64,000 nt of DNA. Origin: Candidatus Margulisiibacteriota bacterium. Its GTDB lineage: Bacteria > Margulisbacteria > WOR-1 > O2-12-FULL-45-9 > XYB2-FULL-48-7. The DNA lies in assembly GCA_041650855.1 (NCBI GenBank), contig JBAZKJ010000001.1:551078-615077 (forward strand), written 5' to 3'. Shown here piece by piece: positions 18,901-27,501 of this stretch (within the stretch, counting starts at the first letter, position 1; each line of letters starts with the position of its first letter). The position numbers were made by a program, and so were the translations under genes. The notes beneath the pieces are model-generated. The model ran no database searches and was not told the DNA's origin. It was given only the letters and a program-made list of their open reading frames with translations.

Positions 18901-20014
18901 TTTTTCCGCGGGGATCGATTTCCAGTACAACGAAACGACCGGCCTCAACTCGCAGGAAACCGTCGCCAACAACACGCAGTCGATCGACAACGCCTATAAC
19001 GCCCAGCTCGACCTGACGATGCTCTTTTTGCAAAAGTGGATCGCCCGGGCCTCGTTCCAGGACCACCAGGACCTCAAGTCGCTGCCGACCCCGGAAAGCT
19101 CGGTCAAGACCAAGAACGAGACCTACCACATGGACCTGACCCCGTTCTCGATCCTGACCGGCTCGCTCGATCATAACCGGCAGGAACGGACCTCTTACGT
19201 GACCGGCGGGGAAAACCCGCTCAGCCTGCGCACCGCCGGCTCGGCCCGGCTGACGCCGTTCTCTTTCCTTTCCCTCGGCGTCAACGGGAGCAAGAGCGAG
19301 ACCATCCCGGAAACCGGTTCTCTCTACAAAGCGACCGGCAGCGCCAAGGCCGGCGATCTCGACTTCACGCCGCTCTCGCTCTCGTTCGCCCGGCTCAACA
19401 CCCACTTTGCCGTGGCCAACACCCGGCAGACCGGCCCGCAGGGCACCGTGCCGGTTTCGACCCTGACCGATACCTTGTCGCAGAATTACACGCTCAACCT
19501 GAGCCCGGTACCGATCCTGCCGCTGACCTTCGGCTTTATCTCCGAGGACTACAAGAACAAGAATAACTCGCCGACCGCGCCGGTCACCACGGAAACGCAG
19601 AACCAGACCACCACGGCCAACGCCACTTTGACCCTCCCCTTCCTGCCGCAGTTGGCGGTCGGGGCGGATTACAACCAGAAGATCACCAAGAATCTCTTGA
19701 CCGGCGACGCCCGGCCGAAAACGGTGACCAATGGCAAAGCCAGCTACCAGGTTTTCAGCTGGGGGCAATTGATCTACGACCTGTCGCAGGAGATCAACAA
19801 GGGCGAGGTCCAGGCCGGTTCGGTGGTCGATCTTGACTTGGTCAAGACCACTACGACGATCAGCATGAACATCACCATCCCGGTCGACAATCCGGTGCTG
19901 TCAAACTTTAACGTGCTGGCTTCGATCAAGCAGGTGGATTACATCAACAATAAGAACCATAATGACGACTTCAAGGCGAAACTGATCTCGTTCGAAGGGA
20001 CGATGAACTTTTAG
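15971..20014 (+). CDS. very large (1347 aa) secreted beta-rich outer-membrane/surface protein with internal repeats and C-terminal Phe
   Basis: Signal peptide. Repeated modules of the form DYTIDY ... GKVTF ... Y.Y. Rich in Thr/Asn/Tyr/Gly like beta-barrel outer-membrane proteins. Terminal residue is F. GTG start 7 nt after a TGtTATAAT box. Confidence 0.65.
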   Translation: MKKLAAAFIIIMLSAAIALAESAYPQIDISGFKKWEQKKVEVDPARNYFSGLTQLGGYYQTYSGGPWQERLQLRILGQLSENLSVAYDLDQQPETPEKFDVKVKYYNTELTFGDFTANFTGNEFVSASKYLNGVMLTAKEPWYDVVAVPSAKLKSQTQALTSQKGTNTKGPYNLGHGSIVEGSEQIQLNGIYLTRNVDYTIDYFEGKVTFNRLLNETDEFKYSYEYTNILDLFFPSLSKRDFFGFQSRFTIDPEKFGKPAPKEEPVISPAREVFPSSGSAEPEVQEEESSGRYRVRNAPLVKFSETLSFMGTQLKKNEDYIIRYDTGEIKLMTRFLPTSEEALAIEYSYYQTSGEVEMVSGIGSRGPYRTSFRQLVPESERVEVDGKLFVRDLDYTIDYGKGEMLFGVVIGPTSQIKIGYRHSVLALPPETPSKFPKELKLGATYLRESAKKSTTSAPTSVIESFTGQTAITNGHIIYLKNRPVATTAEAAIVVRLFQGGVSRELTWEVDYAVPTTESDPTGQTIVTPNVPLAYITDRSDPSDGYDTGSLWLNNDRLNIQPTDEITVTYGYTKSIVSKYSGVGDGTRGPYYLRNTLNIVPGTETVQVWEQGASAITTYTRNTSFDANAGDTGYSINYNNTNPSITFNTELSTTKNFQVIYQYVPSSSDQSGDIAQSAFGLDGGFKIGDVFKIDSSYAKSESDQVFVAETTNETFSGSGTKTYVLHSGADLIDGSEQIFVNNKLLNRDIDYFISYTKPGQFNFYYITPTTLDAISVQYNYQSASGVVAGTKVKTDTAFRLGAETRLWGDMLTINGTTKRIGFDFSPLGSTAIGNGSEYEEYNMNFKPTWQQFFSNYSYKFNKSPIGTTRKTFLRTYDHSIATGVNPGGLAKLDLGYRRFDSLDDPLANDALHNSDNLQESYSAGLAPVDWSRGPLTLNQKYELRKTTSKTDTVDRTANLSTSTIDYYRAGGGLKFTDRFSAGIDFQYNETTGLNSQETVANNTQSIDNAYNAQLDLTMLFLQKWIARASFQDHQDLKSLPTPESSVKTKNETYHMDLTPFSILTGSLDHNRQERTSYVTGGENPLSLRTAGSARLTPFSFLSLGVNGSKSETIPETGSLYKATGSAKAGDLDFTPLSLSFARLNTHFAVANTRQTGPQGTVPVSTLTDTLSQNYTLNLSPVPILPLTFGFISEDYKNKNNSPTAPVTTETQNQTTTANATLTLPFLPQLAVGADYNQKITKNLLTGDARPKTVTNGKASYQVFSWGQLIYDLSQEINKGEVQAGSVVDLDLVKTTTTISMNITIPVDNPVLSNFNVLASIKQVDYINNKNHNDDFKAKLISFEGTMNF

Positions 20015-22224
20015 TTGAGGACGATTATCTTGCCCCGCCCGATGACTTTCCGGTCCGCGGTGATCTGGTAGAAGTAAACGCCGTTCTCGACCGGCTCCCC
20101 GTACTGGTTCCGGCCGTTCCAGGCCGGGCCGTTGTGCCCGGCTTTCCCGCCGTCCTCGCCCGCTAAGTAATTTTGCCGCCAGATCAGGTTGCCGTTCAGG
20201 TCGAACAAATAGATGGTCGCGTCGAAATTGCCGGCCAGAGAATAAACGAACGCGGTCTCGGCCGTGGCCGAGCGGTTCAGGGGATTGGGGAGCGCGTAAG
20301 CCAAAGGGACGCCCGGCTGCGGCTCAACCTCTTTGGTGGGGGTTTGCCGCTCGACCTGCACGATCACGCTGTCCTGGCCAACGTTGCCGGCCAGGTCGGT
20401 GGCGGTCAAACGGATAGTGTAAACGCCCGCCAGTCCGCTTGTTTCCCAGGTGCCCAGCGCGCCGCCGCTTACCGCATTATAGTATTGGCCGATCGCCTGG
20501 AAAGCGGTCGGGTTCAGGCCCGGGCCGTACTCCAGCCGGTAGTTGTCCAGGTGATCGTCCGTGGCTTTGCCGACGATCTGGAGCCGGCCGGTGACCGCCG
20601 CCCCCGCGGCCGGCGCCGTGATCGCCGCTTCCGGCGACGTATTGTCCACTATAATGGCGACCGAGGCGTCAGCCGAGGCCAGATCGGCCGTGATCACCCG
20701 CAGGCGGACCGTGTAATTGCCGTTCAGCCCGGCCGTATCCCAGAGCCCCAGGCGGCCGGCCGCTTCGACCGAAACAAAACTGCTGGTGATCAGCGCCTCC
20801 ACGGAGCCGCCGCGCAGCGCTTCCAGCTGGAAAGAGCGGAAGTTCCAGCCGCCCGCTTTGCCGGTCACTTCGACGATCCCGCGGGCGTAGGTCCCGCTCG
20901 GCGGCGCGTCGATCTCGGAGATCACCCCGGCCAGGGCGCGGTAAACGTTGATCCGTCCGCTCCCCAGTTTTCCTTTGTACAGCGGGTTCAGGTCATCGAT
21001 GTCGTCGGCCGCTTCGCTGATCTGGCTCATCACTTTGTCGACCGTCATGCCCGGGCTCAAGCCCCTGACGAGGGCGGCCAGCGCCGCGACGTAGGGCGAA
21101 GCCAGGGAGGTCCCGTTCCAGCCGCTGCTGTAACCGCCGTCCTTGTCGGTCGTGTAAATGGCGCTGCCGGGGGCGGTCACGTCGACCCAAAGGCTGTCCG
21201 CGTAACCGACAACATCTTTCCGGCTGTAATTGGAAGCCTGGGTCCGGCCGGTCTCGCTGTCGATCCCGGTCCAGACCGATCGTTTGTCGCCGGTGTCGGT
21301 CGCGGCGACCGCGATAACGGTCGGATAGACGGCGGGATAAGTGTTCCAATCGACGCTCCCGTTGCCGGCGGCGGCCACCAGGATTATCCCCTCATCGTAT
21401 GCGTCCTGGCAGCGGTCCCTGAGGTTCGCCGGGTTCTCTTCCGCGTAACGGTCGACCCCGGTGTTATACTGCCCCAAACTCAGGTTCGCCACGGTTACAT
21501 TGACCCCGGTCGATTTGAGCGCCGCCAGGTAAGCCAATGCCTGGGAAATGGTGGAAACCAGCCCGCTCCCCGTGCTGTCCAGGACCTTGATCGGCAGGAT
21601 CTTGCAGTTCCAGTCCAGGCCGGCGATCCCTTTGCCGTTATTGCTGACCGCGCCGATCACGCCGGAGATCGCCGTGCCGTGCCCGTAATCGTCCAGCGGG
21701 TCGTCGTCGTCGTTGACGAAATCCTTGGCGTAGGCCAGGTTAACGCGGCCGACGAAATCTTCGTGGTTATAATTTATCCCGGTATCGAGGACGGCGACCA
21801 GGACCTCGTTGGTGCCGCTCGTCTTTTCCCAGGCCTGGGGGGCCGCGATCTTCGGCAATCCCCACTGCTGGGGGTAGTAAGGATCGTTGGGGATGACCTC
21901 AAAAGCGCGGACGCGCGAATCGGGAGCGGCGGTAACGACGTTGGCGTCTTGCCGGAATTCGTCCGCCGCCGCGCTGGCGTCCTTGTCCTTGGGCAGGACG
22001 ACCAGATAGTCGTCCGCCAGATAGGTCCAGTCGGGGCGGATCCGCAAGGCGGCGGCATAAAGCGGCTTGACCTCGACCGCATTATATTTGGCCGCCAGCG
22101 CGCGGACCGATGAGGCGGATACGCCGCGCGCCTTGAACTTGACGATCAGCTGATTGGGGCCTGCCGCTTGAGCGGCGCAGAAAAGCAAACAGCAGACGAT
22201 AAAAGTTGAAAGCAGCCGCGACAT
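20011..22224 (-). CDS. secreted subtilisin-like serine protease (peptidase S8) with I9-like propeptide and T9SS-type/FlgD-Ig-like C-terminal domain
   Basis: Signal peptide. Catalytic motifs DTGINYNHEDF, HGTAISGV and GTSLASPYVAALAALV. C-terminal 80 aa is NGVYFYQITA ... GKIIVLN. Confidence 0.9.
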   Translation of the reverse strand: MSRLLSTFIVCCLLFCAAQAAGPNQLIVKFKARGVSASSVRALAAKYNAVEVKPLYAAALRIRPDWTYLADDYLVVLPKDKDASAAADEFRQDANVVTAAPDSRVRAFEVIPNDPYYPQQWGLPKIAAPQAWEKTSGTNEVLVAVLDTGINYNHEDFVGRVNLAYAKDFVNDDDDPLDDYGHGTAISGVIGAVSNNGKGIAGLDWNCKILPIKVLDSTGSGLVSTISQALAYLAALKSTGVNVTVANLSLGQYNTGVDRYAEENPANLRDRCQDAYDEGIILVAAAGNGSVDWNTYPAVYPTVIAVAATDTGDKRSVWTGIDSETGRTQASNYSRKDVVGYADSLWVDVTAPGSAIYTTDKDGGYSSGWNGTSLASPYVAALAALVRGLSPGMTVDKVMSQISEAADDIDDLNPLYKGKLGSGRINVYRALAGVISEIDAPPSGTYARGIVEVTGKAGGWNFRSFQLEALRGGSVEALITSSFVSVEAAGRLGLWDTAGLNGNYTVRLRVITADLASADASVAIIVDNTSPEAAITAPAAGAAVTGRLQIVGKATDDHLDNYRLEYGPGLNPTAFQAIGQYYNAVSGGALGTWETSGLAGVYTIRLTATDLAGNVGQDSVIVQVERQTPTKEVEPQPGVPLAYALPNPLNRSATAETAFVYSLAGNFDATIYLFDLNGNLIWRQNYLAGEDGGKAGHNGPAWNGRNQYGEPVENGVYFYQITADRKVIGRGKIIVLN

Positions 22225-22227
22225 TGG

Positions 22228-22257
22228 TTGAAGTATAGCATAACTTTAGCGTATAAT
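22228..22257 (+). promoter_or_regulatory. promoter TTGAAG-18-TATAAT; ATG 9 nt downstream (leaderless aminotransferase mRNA)
   Basis: -35 at 22228-22233 and -10 at 22252-22257. Sits in the 42-nt divergent gap with the S8 protease gene. Confidence 0.5.
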
Positions 22258-22266
22258 AAAAGTATC

Positions 22267-23463
22267 ATGCCAACATTAAAACAACGCGGTTTAAAGGTCA
22301 TGTCCCCGGTCCTCGGCAAATATTTCGACGATTTCGAGATCAAGGGAGCCAAGGGCGGTTACTTGATCGGCCTGGACGGCAGAAAGTATCTCGATTTCGC
22401 CACCGGCATCGCCTGCTGCGTGATCGGCCATTGCCATCCGAAAGTTTCCGCCGCTGTTAAAAAGCAAGCGGACACCCTGCTCCACACCTGCATCGGCGTC
22501 GCTTATTACGAAGGTTATGTCAAACTGGCGGAAGAGCTGCAAAAGGTCGCCCCGCTGAAGGACGCGCAGGCGTTCTTTTGCCAGAGCGGCAGCGAGGCGA
22601 TCGAATCCTCCTTGAAGTTGGCCAAGTACGCGACCAAAAAGCCGGGGATCATTGCTTTTCAAGGGGGGTTCCACGGCCGGACGCTCGGCGCTCTTTCCAT
22701 CACCACTTCAAAAATGAAATACCGCGACGGTTACGAGCCGCTCCTGCCGGAAGTCTACGTCGCCCCGCTCGATCTCAAGGTCGTTGCCGGATTGCTGGAG
22801 ACCAAACAGATCGCCGGGATCATCATTGAACCGGTCCTCGGCGAAGGCGGCTATATCGTGGTCAAAAAAGAGTTCCTCCAGGGGCTGCGCCGGCTGGCCG
22901 ACCAATACGGCGCCTTGCTGATCTTTGACGAGGTCCAGACCGGGATCGGCCGCACCGGCAAGTGGTTCGCCTGCCAGCACGCCGGAGTATCTCCCGACAT
23001 TATTGCCCTGGCCAAAGGGATCGCCTCCGGCCTGCCGCTCGGCGCCTGCCTGGCCAAAGCGGAAGTGATGGCCAAATGGTCCCCCGGCGCCCACGGTTCG
23101 ACCTTTGGCGGCAATCCGGTCAGCTGCGCCGCCGCGATCGCGACGCTGCAGGTGATCAAAGAGCAAAAACTGCTGGCCAACGCGGCCAAGCTGGGCGGCT
23201 ACCTGATCGGCGAACTGAAAAAACTGCAAAAGAAATATCCGGCGATCAAGGATGTCCGCGGTCTTGGCCTGATGATCGGCGTCGACTTTGGCGCCAACCC
23301 CCCGGTCAAGTCGATCATGAACCAGTGCCTCAAGCAGGGTGTCCTGATGATCCCGACCGGGGCCGACGGCACGGTCATGCGCCTGATCCCGCCGCTCAAC
23401 GTCACCCGGGCGCAGGTCGACCAGGCGCTGCAGGCCTTTGCCGCCGCTCTCGAGAATGTTTAA
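22267..23463 (+). CDS. class III (omega) aminotransferase, GabT/ArgD-like
   Basis: PLP fold-type I class III motifs (GGFHGRT, DEVQTGIGRTG, AKGIASG). Start chosen 9 nt after TATAAT (22252-22257), since the ATG at 22228 lies inside the promoter. Confidence 0.8.
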   Translation: MPTLKQRGLKVMSPVLGKYFDDFEIKGAKGGYLIGLDGRKYLDFATGIACCVIGHCHPKVSAAVKKQADTLLHTCIGVAYYEGYVKLAEELQKVAPLKDAQAFFCQSGSEAIESSLKLAKYATKKPGIIAFQGGFHGRTLGALSITTSKMKYRDGYEPLLPEVYVAPLDLKVVAGLLETKQIAGIIIEPVLGEGGYIVVKKEFLQGLRRLADQYGALLIFDEVQTGIGRTGKWFACQHAGVSPDIIALAKGIASGLPLGACLAKAEVMAKWSPGAHGSTFGGNPVSCAAAIATLQVIKEQKLLANAAKLGGYLIGELKKLQKKYPAIKDVRGLGLMIGVDFGANPPVKSIMNQCLKQGVLMIPTGADGTVMRLIPPLNVTRAQVDQALQAFAAALENV

Positions 23464-23971
23464 GTACTGCGACCTGTCAGCCCTGCTGGCGGCCGCCGCG
23501 GCCAAGAACGAGCCCCCGTTCCTTCTCATCCTCGACGGGCTGGAAGACCCCCACAACTTTGGCGCCATCCTGCGTACCGCCGAGGCGGCCGGCGTCCACG
23601 GCATCGTCATCAGAAAAATGCGCCAGGTCCCGGTAACCGAAACGGTCTTCAAGGTCTCGACCGGCGCCGCCGAGCTGGTCCCCGTCGCCCGGGTCCCCAA
23701 CATCGCCGAGGCCGTCCGCCGGCTTCAGGACGAATCTTTGACGGTAATCGGGCTTGAAATCGACGGAAAGAGGTTATATAATCAGGCAGATTACCGGGGC
23801 GGGGTCGCTTTTGTCGTCGGCAGCGAAGGGGCCGGGCTCTCCCGTCTCGTCAAGGAACGTTGCGATGAAGTGGTCCGCCTGCCGATGCGCGGCCGGATCA
23901 ATTCCCTGAACGCGTCAGTGGCTACAGGCATTGTCCTGTACGAAGTCTTAAGACAAAGGGAGGTGAAATGA
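23456..23971 (+). CDS. SpoU/TrmH-family RNA 2'-O-methyltransferase (minimal, no N-terminal L30e-like domain)
   Basis: SpoU motifs LILDGLEDPHNFGAILRTAEAAGV and GSEGAGLS. ATGTTTAA overlap with the upstream gene. Confidence 0.8.
   Translation: MFKYCDLSALLAAAAAKNEPPFLLILDGLEDPHNFGAILRTAEAAGVHGIVIRKMRQVPVTETVFKVSTGAAELVPVARVPNIAEAVRRLQDESLTVIGLEIDGKRLYNQADYRGGVAFVVGSEGAGLSRLVKERCDEVVRLPMRGRINSLNASVATGIVLYEVLRQREVK
23754..23782 (+). promoter_or_regulatory. internal promoter TTGAAA-17-TATAAT inside SpoU methyltransferase coding sequence
   Basis: Near-consensus -35/-10 with 17-nt spacing, 190 nt upstream of the small basic ORF and 380 nt upstream of tRNA-Tyr. Confidence 0.4.
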
Positions 23972-23972
23972 A

Positions 23973-24098
23973 ATGGCAGAAAAAGTAATGAAGTGCGGTA
24001 TCAAGAAACAGAAAGGATACCTTTATTTCATCGACAAGAAAGGTGATATCTCCCGCGCCAAAATGGCCCGCGGCCGGAAGAAATCCAAGAAACGGTAG
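23973..24098 (+). CDS. small basic protein (41 aa), unknown function
   Basis: ATG 2 nt after the SpoU stop, with SD GGAGGTG 7 nt upstream. pI is very basic (KK/RK rich). Too short for the ORF track. Confidence 0.35.
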   Translation: MAEKVMKCGIKKQKGYLYFIDKKGDISRAKMARGRKKSKKR

Positions 24099-24107
24099 TC
24101 TTTTTGC

Positions 24108-24164
24108 GAATCCGCCAAAGGCGGGTAATTAACTTGCTCGCCTTTGCGCGGGTTCTTTTTTTGT
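24108..24164 (+). terminator. GC hairpin(s) plus T-run (possible terminator or processing site immediately 5' of tRNA-Tyr)
   Basis: CCGCC-AAA-GGCGG hairpin, a second GC-rich stem, then TTCTTTTTTT ending 1 nt before the tRNA 5' end. Confidence 0.4.
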
Positions 24165-24247
24165 GGAGAGGTAGCGAAGTGGTCAAACGCATCTGACTGT
24201 AAATCAGACGGCTTACGCCTTCGAAGGTTCAAATCCTTCCCTCTCCA
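24165..24247 (+). tRNA. tRNA-Tyr (anticodon GTA), class II with long variable arm; CCA not encoded
   Basis: Cloverleaf folded by hand. Acceptor GGAGAGG/CCTCTCC, anticodon loop CTGTAAA, long variable arm, T-arm GAAGG-TTCAAAT-CCTTC. Confidence 0.9.
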
Positions 24248-24287
24248 TTTTTCTCTCTTACTCAGATCGACCCGGCGGCATTAGCGA

Positions 24288-26732
24288 ATGGCAAACGAAA
24301 CAAATAGCCCCCTGCTCTCGATAATCATCCTCGGCGAGAATGACGGCTCGTTCCCGCCGGACGCTCTGCAAAGCGCCGAACAGGCGGACAAGGCGCTGGC
24401 GGAGATCGTCCTCGCCCCCCACGGCGCGGCCGGGCGGGCGGCGGCGCTCAATACCGCGATCGCCGCGGTAAACGGCAAATATCTTCTCATTCTCGACTCC
24501 GGCAATTTTATCCGGCCCGGCTACCTGGAAAAAGCCTTGCCGCTGCTGGCAAGCGACCCGAACGTCGCCGTTGTCTATTCCGACAGCGAAGCGTTCGGCG
24601 CGCGGAACGAAACGGTCAAGGCGTGGGACTTCACGCCGCTCCGGCTGCTGCACGCTGATTTTATCCCCCGCTGCGCCTTGTTCCGCCGCGCCGCGTGGCA
24701 GGCGGCCGGCGGCTACGACGAATCGCTGCCGGATTGGGAGGATTGGGATCTCTGGCTCAAGATCTGCGGACAAGGCGGCCGCTTCGCTTACTTGCCGGAA
24801 CCGTTCTGCTTGTCGCGCGTCAGGCCCGGCGCGGCCCATAGCTGGCGGCCGGACGCGGAAAAAGACGGCGACCTGCTCGGTTGTTTTTACCGGAAGCACC
24901 TGCCGCTCCTCCGAACGGCCCTGGCTGACGGCATCAAGCGGTCGGCGGAAGCGGCTGTTCTCCAGCAGCGGCTGGACAAAAGCAAAGCCCCTAGCTGGCC
25001 TCATAAGCTGGCGCGGCGGTTAAAGTCCCTGGCTCGCGCTCTCTTTTTTTTTAGGGCGCGTCCTCCCCAACAAAAAACTCCGCCAGCGGCCTTCGGCTAC
25101 GACGCTTGGATCAGGCGCCGGTTAAGCGCCCGGACGGTCGAGCGGCTCCGTTCGCAAGCCAGGGCCTTTCCCTATCGGCCGTTGATCAGCGTGATCATGC
25201 CGGTTTGCGATATCGCTCCCGGCATCCTGCGATTGAGCCTCGGCTCGGTCCTTGGCCAGCTCTACGAGAACTGGCAGCTCTGCGTCGCGGACGCCAGCAC
25301 TCGCCCCGACGTCGCTCAGGTTTTGCAGGAATTGACGGCCGCCGACCGGCGGATCAAATTGGTTAAAACTGCCGCCGGGAGCGGCATCGCCGACAACACT
25401 AACGCGGCGCTCGCCCTGGCCGACGGCGAGTTCGTCGCTTTCCTGGACCATGACGACGAATTGACCGCCGACGCGCTGCTGGTGGTAGTGGCCCGGCTGC
25501 AAACGGACCGGGATGCCGATCTGCTTTACAGCGATGAAGATAAGATCGGCGTTGACGGCGAATATTGCCACCCGTTCTTTAAACCCGATTGGTCGCCCGA
25601 CCTACTGCTCGGCATCAACTATATCTGCCACCTGTGCGTCCTGCGGAAAAGCCTGCTGGACCGCACCGGTCCGCTACGGCGGGAATACGACGGCTGCCAG
25701 GATTACGACCTGCTGCTGCGCGTTACCGAGCTGACCGGCAAGATCGTCCATCTCCCCGCCGTCCTTTATCACTGGCGGATGAGCCCGAGCTCCTGCGCCG
25801 GGTCAGCCGACGCCAAGCCGGACGTCTTTACCCGGACGCGGGCGGTGCTTGAGGACGCCCTGCGGCGGCGCCGGCTTAACGCCCGGCCGCAGGCGAGCGG
25901 CAATATTTGGCTGCACCATGTTCGCTACGCCCTGCCAAACCATCCGCTGGTCAGCATCATTATCCCGACCCGGGACCGGCCGGATCTGATCGAAAAGTGC
26001 GTTGCCTCCATCCTGGCGAAAACCGATTATGCGCCTTATGAAATGATCATTATTAATAACGGCTCAGGGCGGCCCACCGCGCCGGACTCCCCGGCCAACC
26101 GGGTAAGGGTTATCGACTTGCCGGGACAGTTCAACTATTCAGCGATAAATAATTTCGCGGCCGGGCAGGCTCAAGGCGAAGTGCTGGTATTACTGAATGA
26201 CGATACGGAAGTGCTCGAGCCGGCGTGGTTAACGGCGCTGGTCGAACAGGCGCTGCGGCCCGAGGTTGGGGCGGTCGGCGGCAAATTATTGTACCCGGAC
26301 GGGACCATCCAACACGCGGGAGTGATCGAATCCCCTTACGGCCACCTGCACGCCTTTGCCCGGCAACCGGAAAACAAGAACGAGTTCTCCCTGGCGAACG
26401 CCATCAGGGACTGCGGCGCCGTCACCGGCGCTTGCCTGGCGATCCGGCGTGAAGCCTGGGAGCGGGTTGGCGGCTTAGATGAAAATTACCGGGTCATCCT
26501 TAGCGATGTCGACCTCTGCCATAAATTACGGCAGGCAGGATTGCTGATCGTTTATACCCCGTTAGCCCGCCTTTACCACCTTGAATCCGCCTCCCGGGGA
26601 ACGGCCTGGTATCCGGAAGACGCGGCCGTCTTCCAGGCCAAATGGCGAAAGGGGCTCCCCCTTGACGACCCCTATTACAACCCGAACCTCAGTCTTGCCC
26701 CGGACCGGACCTTTCTCTGGCGCGGCTATTAA
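24288..26732 (+). CDS. multidomain family-2 glycosyltransferase (three tandem GT2 domains)
   Basis: 814 aa. Three GT2-type N-terminal beta-alpha-beta signatures (LLSIIILGEND, LISVIMPVCD, LVSIIIPTRDRPD) plus DxD motifs. Confidence 0.85.
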   Translation: MANETNSPLLSIIILGENDGSFPPDALQSAEQADKALAEIVLAPHGAAGRAAALNTAIAAVNGKYLLILDSGNFIRPGYLEKALPLLASDPNVAVVYSDSEAFGARNETVKAWDFTPLRLLHADFIPRCALFRRAAWQAAGGYDESLPDWEDWDLWLKICGQGGRFAYLPEPFCLSRVRPGAAHSWRPDAEKDGDLLGCFYRKHLPLLRTALADGIKRSAEAAVLQQRLDKSKAPSWPHKLARRLKSLARALFFFRARPPQQKTPPAAFGYDAWIRRRLSARTVERLRSQARAFPYRPLISVIMPVCDIAPGILRLSLGSVLGQLYENWQLCVADASTRPDVAQVLQELTAADRRIKLVKTAAGSGIADNTNAALALADGEFVAFLDHDDELTADALLVVVARLQTDRDADLLYSDEDKIGVDGEYCHPFFKPDWSPDLLLGINYICHLCVLRKSLLDRTGPLRREYDGCQDYDLLLRVTELTGKIVHLPAVLYHWRMSPSSCAGSADAKPDVFTRTRAVLEDALRRRRLNARPQASGNIWLHHVRYALPNHPLVSIIIPTRDRPDLIEKCVASILAKTDYAPYEMIIINNGSGRPTAPDSPANRVRVIDLPGQFNYSAINNFAAGQAQGEVLVLLNDDTEVLEPAWLTALVEQALRPEVGAVGGKLLYPDGTIQHAGVIESPYGHLHAFARQPENKNEFSLANAIRDCGAVTGACLAIRREAWERVGGLDENYRVILSDVDLCHKLRQAGLLIVYTPLARLYHLESASRGTAWYPEDAAVFQAKWRKGLPLDDPYYNPNLSLAPDRTFLWRGY

Positions 26733-26798
26733 CCCCTTTACTTCCGCGCCTGCAACGCTATAATAATGCTGTAGCCGATCCCTAAAGGAGGGTTAATA

Positions 26799-27002
26799 AT
26801 GTCAGATATTAAGATGAACATGAGCACCTTTGACCGTTTCGCCCGGATCATCATCGGTGGCGTCCTGCTGCTGCTGGCGACTTACGTGCCGGTCAGCGGC
26901 CTAGTGGCTTGGCTCCTGGTCGTTGTCGGGCTTATCCTGATGCTGACCGGCCTGGCCGGCTGGTGCCCGTTGTATTCCCTGTTGAAGATCAGCACAAAAT
27001 AA
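26799..27002 (+). CDS. DUF2892 (YgaP-like) small inner-membrane protein
   Basis: 67 aa, two TM helices, GWCPLY motif. SD AAGGAGGG upstream. Confidence 0.7.
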   Translation: MSDIKMNMSTFDRFARIIIGGVLLLLATYVPVSGLVAWLLVVVGLILMLTGLAGWCPLYSLLKISTK

Positions 27003-27496
27003 TGAAGCGGCTCCTCTCCCTCCTGTTGCTCGGCGCTTTTTTGCTGGGGCTAGTACCTTTGGCGCCGGTCGCTGTCCGCTCGGCCGAAGGCAAGGCCCGC
27101 AAAAAGATCGTGCGGCGGGTAAAGAAAAAGAAAGCCGTTAAAAAGAAAAAGCGCGTTATCCGCAAGGCCAGGAAAGTCGCCAAAAAATCGGTCCGGCTGC
27201 CGAAAAAAACCGCACTTAAGAAGCCCGCGGCCAAAAAGCCGATCAAAGATGACGCTGAATACCAGCTGCCGGGCCGGACCGGCAATCTTACCCAGCGCTA
27301 TTCCCTGGAAGAGGGGCTGGGAGAGCAAGAGGCCGACAACGTGATCGGCGAGCTCAAAGCCCTGGGGGCGGACGACGCCGCGATCGACGTCAACAATAAC
27401 GCCCTGTCGGTCACTTTCAATCCCGCCGAGCTCTCCGCCATCGGCATCATCAAAAAGCTTAAAGAGCTCGGTTACACCGTTAAAAGGATAAATTAA
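27002..27496 (+). CDS. secreted Lys-rich protein with C-terminal HMA-like (ferredoxin-fold) domain lacking CxxC
   Basis: Signal peptide, then a 60-aa K/R-rich segment with KKPAAKKP repeats. C-terminal IDVNNNALSVTFNPAELSAIGIIKKLKELGYTV resembles the second half of the CopZ/HMA fold. The ORF track N-extension to 26909 is rejected. Confidence 0.55.
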   Translation: MKRLLSLLLLGAFLLGLVPLAPVAVRSAEGKARKKIVRRVKKKKAVKKKKRVIRKARKVAKKSVRLPKKTALKKPAAKKPIKDDAEYQLPGRTGNLTQRYSLEEGLGEQEADNVIGELKALGADDAAIDVNNNALSVTFNPAELSAIGIIKKLKELGYTVKRIN

Positions 27497-27501
27497 AAGC
27501 T

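Noticed and set aside
22228-22266. ATG at 22228 as aminotransferase start
   Set aside because: It lies 3 nt from the divergent S8 start codon and inside the TTGAAG -35 element. The conserved class-III N-terminus aligns from 22267 or 22300.
26909-27001. Upstream extension of the Lys-rich protein ORF
   Set aside because: The extension overlaps the DUF2892 gene in another frame. A signal peptide begins exactly at ATG 27002.
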